In this document: positions 37,018-43,666 of the stretch, piece by piece
Layout of the letters: each line of letters starts with the position of its first letter
Position numbering within the stretch: the first letter of the stretch is position 1
Origin: a virus
Taxonomy: Duplodnaviria > Caudoviricetes
IMG/VR virus record: IMGVR_UViG_3300020042_011598
Location: 1-43,666 of that record
Length of the DNA: 43,666 nucleotides
Reading direction: 5' to 3' (one strand)
Notes under the pieces: model-generated
Databases searched by the model: none
The model's input: only the letters and a program-made list of their open reading frames with translations
What the model was told of the DNA's origin: nothing
Translations under genes and position numbers: made by a program

Positions 37018-37352
37018 GGCAACACAAACGACACTGTGCCGGATGTTTGATTCGGCTCCATTGAAGAACGGTGAAATACCCGGTCTGGACTTGGACGTCA
37101 AAGGCAATTGCTAACTTAAGGCAACAAATGGTCGGGGCTCTGTGAAACAGATACAACCCCTGCTTATAGGACTTGGATCTACATCGGGTTACTAGGGTTC
37201 CGTTGATATGTGAAGCTTGAGTAGGGGGTACCGGTCAACCGCCTCCGTGTAGGAAACTACAATCTCATTACTATAGATGACTGCTGTCACTCGGATGATG
37301 CATTCAATTCACCGTGCATACGGTGAATTATGACCACATAATCTGGATGATA
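37018..37352 (+). ncRNA. Candidate structured non-coding RNA, family not recognised
   Basis: The only long gene-free gap in the window. At least 7 stem-loops, with G-U pairs and GAAA/UGAAA loops favouring the plus strand, e.g. TGTAG-GAAA-CTACA (37248-37261) and AATTCACCGT-GCAT-ACGGTGAATT (37306-37329). The ends are approximate. Confidence 0.6.
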
Positions 37353-37360
37353 CTTAGTTC

Positions 37361-37422
37361 AGCTTCGCTTTAGAAACAATGTGTGAGCGATAGCGAAACA
37401 CATAGATACACGAAGTGTATCT
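37361..37422. other. Cluster of hairpins at the convergent gene junction (terminator-like or ssDNA hairpins)
   Basis: AGCTTCGCT (GCGAAGC on the minus strand), ATGTGT-GAGCGATAGCGAA-ACACAT (37379-37403) and AGATACAC-GAA-GTGTATCT (37404-37422). Confidence 0.6.
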
Positions 37423-37429
37423 TGAAGCA

Positions 37430-37768
37430 TTAGAGATTAGTATCTGGCCAGTCTCTAAACAGTGCATGTTGAATATCACCTGATACAAACTGATTGAAGC
37501 TTTTGTGCTTGACTTCAAGTTCTCCTTCAAGTGGTGCCACACGTTTGAATGCCAAATCCATCTGAGCCATGCCTGTAAATTCCATTAGGATCATCCATTC
37601 GGGCATGTCTGCGATACTGCGAAATCCCATCTTGCATCGAGTGATTCTGTAACTCTCCATTTTGCCTTCTTCAATCAAATGATCAAAGAAACTCTTCATG
37701 CCGTTTACCCAGTCAAGGTCTGTAATGTCGCCTTGTTTGTTGGCCCAAATTGTGTATAAGTCTGCCAT
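37430..37768 (-). CDS. Small protein resembling the DUF6614 family (112 aa)
   Basis: YTIW...L..EGKMESYRITRCKMGF...EWMILMEF..MAQMD.AF..VA...H...N..V......ALFRDWPD matches my recollection of this family; unverified. Confidence 0.6.
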   Translation of the reverse strand: MADLYTIWANKQGDITDLDWVNGMKSFFDHLIEEGKMESYRITRCKMGFRSIADMPEWMILMEFTGMAQMDLAFKRVAPLEGELEVKHKSFNQFVSGDIQHALFRDWPDTNL

Positions 37769-37771
37769 GTG

Positions 37772-38215
37772 TTACTCCAGTGGTCCTAGTATTTCAAATC
37801 CGTCTATGGCAGATTTGTACAGGTGTGCTTGTTCAAGATACAGGTATTCAAACCCGCGAGCCCGGTAGATAGCACACTCTGTTTTCATTGTTTCTATTCC
37901 CAATCGTGTTTTGGGATTGTGATAGGTCCATGCAAACTGATCACACTGTGCATTGTGTTGATCAAATCGTCGTATCAGGCTCCAGGCAACCAGTTGTTTG
38001 TTGTCATAATAGCCAATGATGTCCGCCATTGGATCAAGGTATCTACTGTGAAACATGGGCATGACGCTTGCAAAGTGTTTGTAGGTACAGTAGGTCTTGT
38101 AGATAGCATCCAGCTGAGCTAAAACATCGGACTCGCGACTGGTAATGTACTCCCAGTCTACCGTGGGTTCATAGTTGGTTTTGCTCAAATCAACTCTGGC
38201 AAACTGATAGCTCAT
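37772..38215 (-). CDS. GNAT-fold protein resembling the C-terminal domain of arginyl/leucyl-tRNA-protein transferases (ATE1/Bpt), 147 aa
   Basis: GYYDNKQLVAWS...FAWTYHNPKTRLGIETMKTEC...RARGFEYLYL...YK...GFE parallels the ATE_C pattern Y..dgkLvav...yDp....sLG....L.eI..a...g..y.YLGy....YK..f. Confidence 0.6.
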   Translation of the reverse strand: MSYQFARVDLSKTNYEPTVDWEYITSRESDVLAQLDAIYKTYCTYKHFASVMPMFHSRYLDPMADIIGYYDNKQLVAWSLIRRFDQHNAQCDQFAWTYHNPKTRLGIETMKTECAIYRARGFEYLYLEQAHLYKSAIDGFEILGPLE

Positions 38216-38718
38216 GATCTTGGGTCTGTCCGATTCTGAAACAACTGTTCAAGATAGGGTTCAGGCCAGGCATGATAGAAACCTTTTTTCTCCATGGCCT
38301 GTGCTCGACTATTCAGATCAGACAGAGGTTGCAGTATGCTGAGTGCATACTGGCCCTGGTTCATGCAGATACCATTGACCATTTCCACATCTTCAGGATG
38401 ATCCTCTAGCACCAGCAGATCGTTGGCCAACAAGAAGTCTCGGTTGGCAGCATCCAGTCTGCCGTGAAAAAAGTTGTAGGTCCACTCGCCCGGATCGTAG
38501 GCATATATTATCACTTCGTATTCGCCCATGCCTTGGGCACAGCGGGCCTCAAGATCATGATATGGATCGTTGCCCACAAATATGCCCACGGTGCGTTTGA
38601 GTCGTGCTGACCTAGCAAACGGACATGGAGGAAAGTTGCCTAGACTAGGGTGCGGAACTTCCACAAAGGTTTCTGACCAGTGTAGTATGTCTTGAGTGAC
38701 TTGAACAATGTTTAACAT
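38212..38718 (-). CDS. Hypothetical protein, DUF1415-like N-terminus (168 aa)
   Basis: W.ETFVE.P...LGNFPPCPFAR and LEDHP motifs resemble the DUF1415 CPFA and FHP motifs. It is coupled by overlaps to both neighbours. Confidence 0.6.
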   Translation of the reverse strand: MLNIVQVTQDILHWSETFVEVPHPSLGNFPPCPFARSARLKRTVGIFVGNDPYHDLEARCAQGMGEYEVIIYAYDPGEWTYNFFHGRLDAANRDFLLANDLLVLEDHPEDVEMVNGICMNQGQYALSILQPLSDLNSRAQAMEKKGFYHAWPEPYLEQLFQNRTDPRS

Positions 38719-38894
38719 TAGAAGAAAGGTAACTTTGAATTTTTTGTAGTTTCGTGATGCTCTTTGATCAAGTCAGTGATCAGGGTTCTCTCTTGAAAGC
38801 TCATGTTCATGACATCCTCATAGGTGCCGCCACCGCGCAGGTACCAGGACATTTTTAAACACTGTGCTCTAACAGAGTTGGCCTCTTTCTCCAT
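38718..38894 (-). CDS. Small baseplate hub assembly protein, gp51-like (58 aa from its ATG); probably also the -1 frameshift extension of gp26
   Basis: Below the ORF-track cutoff. Translates MEKEANSVRAQCLKMSWYLRGGGTYEDVMNMSFQERTLITDLIKEHHETTKNSKLPFF. Its stop overlaps the next ATG (TAATG), and the frame is open upstream through the gp26 end. Confidence 0.78.
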   Translation of the reverse strand: MEKEANSVRAQCLKMSWYLRGGGTYEDVMNMSFQERTLITDLIKEHHETTKNSKLPFF

Positions 38895-38932
38895 TTTATC
38901 GACTAGGTCTGAAATTTCTTCAGACGTAGATG

Positions 38933-39775
38933 TTAGGAGGCGGCTTCGAAAAAACTTGTTTGATCCAGAGTCAAGGCCTGAGCATACTCATGTTCGCAGT
39001 TGGTGCACTTCATGTTCAAGGGTTTGAATTCACTGTTGGATCTCAGAGTGGTAATGTGATCTCGAATCTTCACAAACAGCCCTCGATCGCAGTTGGCTAG
39101 AAATTCAGCTATATGCTCATGATCTGTGACCAGCATACCTGGTGCCCTGATACTGGCAATACTCCATTTGAGTGCACCGATTGTGAGTGCTGTGATTTGC
39201 TGGATTGCTTCGTTTAGTTTGATAATTTTTTCTTCGTCAGGCAATTCACTCTGAGTGATTGATTGTATTGTACGTTGTTGTTCAAATTGAGACTGGTTGG
39301 TTTGATTTTGTTCGCGATAGGTCATGGGTCTAAAAGTAAATGCCAGATCACCTTGCTGTAGTGGAACGTCATAGTTCAAGGACGTTAGATTTTCCAGTAC
39401 AGTGCGCAGATCAATACCGTACTCGCCTTCATTAGAACAGCTAGGGCAAGTACTTTCTATTTCCATGTTGTGTCCGTAACTGGCAATTCTAATAGCAACC
39501 AGAATAGCATTGATATCAGTGCCGGGTGCTGACCATGCATCACGTATGGCAGGAACACAGCTCTGTATCACATTGACCACTGCTGTTCCATTGAACAGGG
39601 CGTCAGGAGTGCGATATGTTATTTCATCAATGGCAGTCATGGGCAAAACTGGCAATTCTTTGTTGTCGGGCATCTGGATTGTGTCCTTGGGCCAGAAGTT
39701 GCCCGCTGAAGGCAAGCTCAAATAAATGGCGGGTTGTCTAAAAAATTGTTTTAGCGGGTTTGCAGTTTGGTTCAT
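38933..39775 (-). CDS. gp26: Baseplate hub assembly chaperone, T4 gp26-like (280 aa)
   Basis: NPLKQFFRQPAIYLSLPS, PMTAIDEI, D..AILVAIRIASYG, two CxxC pairs (CPSC, CTNC) and a C-terminal SFF. Confidence 0.8.
   Translation of the reverse strand: MNQTANPLKQFFRQPAIYLSLPSAGNFWPKDTIQMPDNKELPVLPMTAIDEITYRTPDALFNGTAVVNVIQSCVPAIRDAWSAPGTDINAILVAIRIASYGHNMEIESTCPSCSNEGEYGIDLRTVLENLTSLNYDVPLQQGDLAFTFRPMTYREQNQTNQSQFEQQRTIQSITQSELPDEEKIIKLNEAIQQITALTIGALKWSIASIRAPGMLVTDHEHIAEFLANCDRGLFVKIRDHITTLRSNSEFKPLNMKCTNCEHEYAQALTLDQTSFFEAAS
38948..38954 (-). other. Candidate -1 ribosomal frameshift slippery heptamer T TTT TTC
   Basis: In-frame X XXY YYZ (agT TTT TTC), four sense codons before the gp26 stop. The -1 frame joins the gp51-like ORF. 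Confidence 0.65.
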
Positions 39776-39781
39776 AAATCA

Positions 39782-39807
39782 CCTATAAATATATCAATAC
39801 TTATAGG
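39782..39807. promoter_or_regulatory. Palindromic pair of late promoters (TATAAATA on +, TATAAGTA on -)
   Basis: CCTATAAATA-TATCAA-TACTTATAGG in the 40-bp gap between the divergent gp26 and tape-measure genes. The plus copy is the exact T4 late consensus. Confidence 0.75.
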
Positions 39808-39815
39808 CTCTAATC

Positions 39816-42455
39816 ATGTCAGAAGAAAATATTTCAGACGCACAACGCAAACTCACTGAAGCAATGCAGCAGCAGGCCCTCGACTATGCTCGATATGGTC
39901 AGATGCAGGTCACAACGTCTGACCAGCTGAGAGACGCTCAGGTTCAAGCTGCAACTGGAATGAGGAACTTCACAGCGGCCGGCGGCATGGCTGGCAAAGC
40001 CATTGGTGCATTGGCAGGCGCAGGTGTGGCAGCAGCAGCTGAAATGTACAAGGGCAAAAAAGGCATGGGCGCCTTCAATTCCAGCCTGGATTCACTGAGT
40101 GAAGCAGCCACACTAGCAGGCGCTGCCTTGACTCTGTTGATGCCGGGCGGCATCATAATGAAAGCAGTTATTGGCGGTCTAACCATGGCAGCCACAGCAG
40201 CCATTGCTTACACCAAAGCTGCCAATGACATGTCCGACAAGCTGTACAAAAGTTATTCAGGACTACAACAATCTGGAGCCGCAGCCGCAGATGGCATGAC
40301 AGGTGTGTTTGAAGATGCCAAGAAGCTGGGACTAAGCATGGACCAGCTGGACAGCATGGTAAGTCTGGTGGCAGCAAACAGTCAAGATCTAGCAGCATTT
40401 TCAGGATCAGTGAGTCAGGGTCGCAAACAGTTGGCCAACATGGGCCAGTCACTCAAAGGCACCGCTGAAGAATTTTACAAAATGGGTATGTCCCAGGAAA
40501 TGGTCAACGAAGGCCTGGCCAATTACCTAAGAGTACAAACCAGAAATGGTCGCGCACAGACCATGAACACGGATCAGTTGGCGGCCAGTGCAAGAAACTA
40601 CATCATGGAGCAGGACAAACTTGCACAGATCACTGGTCTAAATGCCAAACAGCAGCAGGACATTAGAGAATCTGCACTGAATGAAGAACAATTCTTGGCC
40701 AAGACCATGGACATGCGAGCCAGAGGACAGAACAAAGCAGCCGACGAAATGGAAACATTCAACGTCTTGGTCACATCAATGGGTGAAGGGGTAGCAAAAG
40801 GAATTAGGGCCAGTGTCAACGGTAACCTAATGGACGAAGCGGCACAAAAGCTAAACTTTTCCGCAGCCGGCAAACAGAACGAAATAATTCGAAAAATTCA
40901 GTCTGGTCAAATGTCAGCAGCACAAGGTGCTCAAGAATTGGCCAAAGCCCTTGGCAAATATGCCACAGGTACTGGTCGAGCTCTGGGTACCATACAAGCT
41001 GGCGAAACAGTTGGTATCAAATTGTCTGAGGCCGAACGTGCCCGTCGCCTGGCTGACAATAATTTTGAGGAACAGGCCGCTGACGCTGCTGCTGATCTTG
41101 AAAAACGTCGCAAAGGTGCTGGTGACAAACTGGTGGATGCACAAGGTAACTTGATTAAAGGCCAACGAGATATCAATGAAAAACTCGAAAGAGATGTGCT
41201 CAAGGGCATTCCCAACGCACAGGCCAACATGGCCAGATTGGCCAATGTAACTGATACGCTAGCTGACGGGTTTACAACACTTACCAACGGAATAAACCGA
41301 TTGCTCAAGCTAATCGGATTAGGTGAAAAAGAGCCAGCAAAACCCAAGGAAATGACCAAGTCGGAAACTGCGGCCGCAGCAGCCACTTCAGACAAAAGAA
41401 ATACAGCCAAGCCCCTGCAGGATAAAGTGGACATGATGGCCAAGGAACTGGACGCAGATGAAAAAGCACTCAAAGATGCCAAACGTGCTGGCAAGTTTGG
41501 CGACGAGCTAAAACCACTAGAAGAAAAAATACTCAAAAATAAAAAAGAGTATGATATAGCTGCCAAGCAGTTATTGGCTGCTGAAAAAGAAATTGCTCAG
41601 GCTGCACTAGAAGAACAGAAGTTACGTCACAAGCAGACCTTAGATCGCAGAAAGTTAGCAAGATTAGAACAAGACAATCTAAACGATGCTGAAGCAATTA
41701 GAGATTTCAACGAAGAAAAAGCCAACTTGGTCAAGGCAGGCAAAGATACCAGTTCTGTTGACAAAAAAATTAAGCAACGACAGAACAACATAGCCGGACG
41801 CAGTGCTGAAGTTGGTCAACTACAAACTGACTTGAAAACTTCCACCGTGGGCGCAACAGATAAATCTCTAGCATTCACCGGTGCTTCGGGTAGCAAAAGC
41901 AATTTTGAACAACTAAATCCTGTTGTAAAAGACAAAGTTGTTGCGGCCTCACAACAATACAATGCAGATACTGGCAACAAGATAACAGTCAACAGTGCCA
42001 AAAGAGATTCTGCAGATCAACAAAGACTCTGGGATGAATCAAAACAAGCAGGCCGGGAAGGCAAGACTGAATCTGGGATGCCTATAGCAAAACCCGGCAC
42101 TAGCAAGCACGAACAAGGCCTGGCAATAGACATACAAAATTACAACGATCCTGCAGCCGTGTCGGCAATGAATCGGCAAGGTCTGAAACAAACTGTGCCC
42201 AACGATCCTGTGCATTTTGAAATACCCAGTGCCGAAGAAGGTGGCATAGTGTCTGGACCTGCTAGCGGCTATCAAACTACCATGCACGGAACCGAAGCAG
42301 TGATACCAATGCAAAACAACAGTGGTGATTTTGTCAAGATGTTTGAAACCATGGCAGCACAATCCAGCCGTATGGCAGACATGTTGGAAACTCTGGTACG
42401 AGCACAACAAACCGGCAATGACATATCCACAAAGATACTGCGCCAACAAGCATAA
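39816..42455 (+). CDS. Tape-measure-like protein with a C-terminal M15 (VanY-like) peptidase domain (879 aa)
   Basis: Ala/Gln-rich helical sequence with a hydrophobic segment and coiled coil. The C-terminal SAKRDSADQQRLW...AKPGTSKHEQGLAIDI...DPVHFE is an M15 SxHxxxxAxD...H zinc motif. Confidence 0.78.
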   Translation: MSEENISDAQRKLTEAMQQQALDYARYGQMQVTTSDQLRDAQVQAATGMRNFTAAGGMAGKAIGALAGAGVAAAAEMYKGKKGMGAFNSSLDSLSEAATLAGAALTLLMPGGIIMKAVIGGLTMAATAAIAYTKAANDMSDKLYKSYSGLQQSGAAAADGMTGVFEDAKKLGLSMDQLDSMVSLVAANSQDLAAFSGSVSQGRKQLANMGQSLKGTAEEFYKMGMSQEMVNEGLANYLRVQTRNGRAQTMNTDQLAASARNYIMEQDKLAQITGLNAKQQQDIRESALNEEQFLAKTMDMRARGQNKAADEMETFNVLVTSMGEGVAKGIRASVNGNLMDEAAQKLNFSAAGKQNEIIRKIQSGQMSAAQGAQELAKALGKYATGTGRALGTIQAGETVGIKLSEAERARRLADNNFEEQAADAAADLEKRRKGAGDKLVDAQGNLIKGQRDINEKLERDVLKGIPNAQANMARLANVTDTLADGFTTLTNGINRLLKLIGLGEKEPAKPKEMTKSETAAAAATSDKRNTAKPLQDKVDMMAKELDADEKALKDAKRAGKFGDELKPLEEKILKNKKEYDIAAKQLLAAEKEIAQAALEEQKLRHKQTLDRRKLARLEQDNLNDAEAIRDFNEEKANLVKAGKDTSSVDKKIKQRQNNIAGRSAEVGQLQTDLKTSTVGATDKSLAFTGASGSKSNFEQLNPVVKDKVVAASQQYNADTGNKITVNSAKRDSADQQRLWDESKQAGREGKTESGMPIAKPGTSKHEQGLAIDIQNYNDPAAVSAMNRQGLKQTVPNDPVHFEIPSAEEGGIVSGPASGYQTTMHGTEAVIPMQNNSGDFVKMFETMAAQSSRMADMLETLVRAQQTGNDISTKILRQQA

Positions 42456-42461
42456 TCACGG

Positions 42462-42467
42462 TAAATA
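42462..42467 (+). promoter_or_regulatory. Putative late promoter core TAAATA
   Basis: Lies in the 19-bp gap, 7 nt before the portal ATG. Confidence 0.55.
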
Positions 42468-42474
42468 AACTACT

Positions 42475-43666
42475 ATGGCAGAAACAAAACAACCCGGCTG
42501 GCGCAAGTATTTCAAGGTGGCTGACACATCAGGTACCATGAGCCCTATATCGGGTCGAAACCAATTTGGGTTGCCAGACTATTCTCGCAACGACGGAACC
42601 AACGGCACTGCACAGGCTGACTTTGTGTTTCGCAACTATGCCAGCAGACTTCCTGAAGTGTACTCGGGCCATCCCAATCGTATTGAACGTTACAATCAGT
42701 ACGAGAACATGGACATGGACTCAGAGATCAATGCTTGCTTAGACATCATTGCTGAATTCTCCACACAGATGAACGAGCAAAACGGCACGCCGTTTCAGGT
42801 CAAGTACAATGACAAGCCCACAGATCACGAAGTAGAAATTATCAAGAAGCAGATGCAACAGTGGTGCAAGCTGAACAAGCTGGACCAACGTATCTTCAAA
42901 CTGTTCCGCAACTGTATCAAGTACGGTGATCAGGTGTTTGTGCGTGATCCAGAAACATTTGAAATGATGTGGGTGGACATGAGCAAGGTTATGAGAATCA
43001 TTGTGAACGAATCAGAAGGCAAACGTCCTGAGCAGTATGTGATTCGTGACATCAACCCCAACTTTCAGAACATGACTGTGGCAGCAAAAACCACCACAGA
43101 CTACCTGACCAACCCTGTGACAGGCAGTGTGGGCGGCGCAGCCAACTACACCGGCGGCGGTGCAGGCGGTGCAGCAGGCATGACTGGCGGTGGCAACAGC
43201 CGCTTCATGCATGCCATGAACGAAGCAACTCTGGATGCCAAGCACATTGTACACATGAGCCTGAACGAAGGTCTAGACGTTTTTTGGCCATTTGGACGCA
43301 GTGTACTGGAGCAGATCTACAAGGTATTCAAGCAAAAAGAACTGTTAGAAGACGCTATTCTGATCTATCGTGTGAGCCGTGCTCCTGAGCGCAGAGTGTT
43401 CAAGATTGACGTGGGCAACATGCCCAGCCACATGGCCATGGCCTTTGTGGAACGTGTGAAAAATGAAATGCATCAGCGCAGAATCCCCACTGTAACAGGT
43501 GGCGGACAAAACATGATGGATGCCAGCTACAATCCACTTTCGATCAACGAAGACTACTTCTTTCCGCAAACAGCAGAAGGCCGTGGCAGCTCAGTAGATA
43601 CTCTAGCTGGCGGCTCAAATCTGGGCGAAATTGACGATTTAAAATACTTCAACAACAAGATGGCCC
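42475..43666 (+). CDS. gp20: Portal vertex protein, T4 gp20-like (truncated at the right edge)
   Basis: Not in the ORF track because it has no stop. It begins MAETKQPGWRKYFKV and contains LEDAILIYRVSRAPERRVFKIDVGNMP and EDYFFPQTAEGRGSSVDTLAGGSNLGEIDDLKYF, hallmark gp20 motifs. Confidence 0.95.
   Translation, partial: MAETKQPGWRKYFKVADTSGTMSPISGRNQFGLPDYSRNDGTNGTAQADFVFRNYASRLPEVYSGHPNRIERYNQYENMDMDSEINACLDIIAEFSTQMNEQNGTPFQVKYNDKPTDHEVEIIKKQMQQWCKLNKLDQRIFKLFRNCIKYGDQVFVRDPETFEMMWVDMSKVMRIIVNESEGKRPEQYVIRDINPNFQNMTVAAKTTTDYLTNPVTGSVGGAANYTGGGAGGAAGMTGGGNSRFMHAMNEATLDAKHIVHMSLNEGLDVFWPFGRSVLEQIYKVFKQKELLEDAILIYRVSRAPERRVFKIDVGNMPSHMAMAFVERVKNEMHQRRIPTVTGGGQNMMDASYNPLSINEDYFFPQTAEGRGSSVDTLAGGSNLGEIDDLKYFNNKMA

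Noticed and set aside
37379-37403. Hammerhead-like TGA-stem-GAAAC
   Set aside because: It lacks the required CUGANGA core and stems I and III.
37018-37430. Group I/II intron, tRNA, tmRNA, RNase P RNA or CRISPR array as the identity of the non-coding region
   Set aside because: No interrupted gene flanks it, and I could not find P7 or domain V catalytic motifs, a cloverleaf, RNase P conserved regions or regularly spaced repeats. A covariance search is still needed.
37354-37542. 62-aa minus-strand ORF entering the hairpin cluster
   Set aside because: It overlaps the 112-aa gene out of frame and has no protein-like features.
43120-43200. GGC-rich stretch in the portal gene
   Set aside because: It encodes an in-frame Gly-rich loop and is not a separate repeat element.
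1-43666. Alternative genetic code, inteins, or a diversity-generating retroelement
   Set aside because: Genes are full length in the standard code. No intein motifs, reverse transcriptase or adenine-variable repeat pair was seen.

Overview
A 43.7 kb segment of a large T4-like (Tevenvirinae-related, probably aquatic) myophage genome, with no host DNA evident. Bases 1-26591 are a minus-strand baseplate operon: tube-cap-like protein, gp53-like, hub, gp5-like spike, a possible lysozyme-like protein, gp25, gp6, and an uninterrupted giant virion ORF of more than 4,763 aa that runs off the left edge and is absent from the ORF track. Bases 26707-37017 are a plus-strand, sigma70-driven operon. In it the core gp55, gp47 and gp46 genes are interleaved with AT-rich tailoring enzymes (sulfotransferase-like, amidinotransferase, B12-type radical SAM, SPASM/twitch radical SAM, SDR). 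The operon ends in a stand-alone GIY-YIG gene followed directly by a roughly 400-nt, densely structured non-coding region. To the right lie three minus-strand accessory genes (one resembles an aminoacyl-tRNA-protein transferase), a gp26/gp51-like chaperone pair joined by a canonical -1 slippery site, a tape-measure protein with an M15 peptidase tail, and the portal gene gp20 (truncated at the right edge). The best candidates for something new are the GIY-YIG plus structured RNA locus, the gp26/gp51 frameshift, a bipartite late promoter, and the enzyme cluster. All calls come from reading motifs by eye; no database searches were run.
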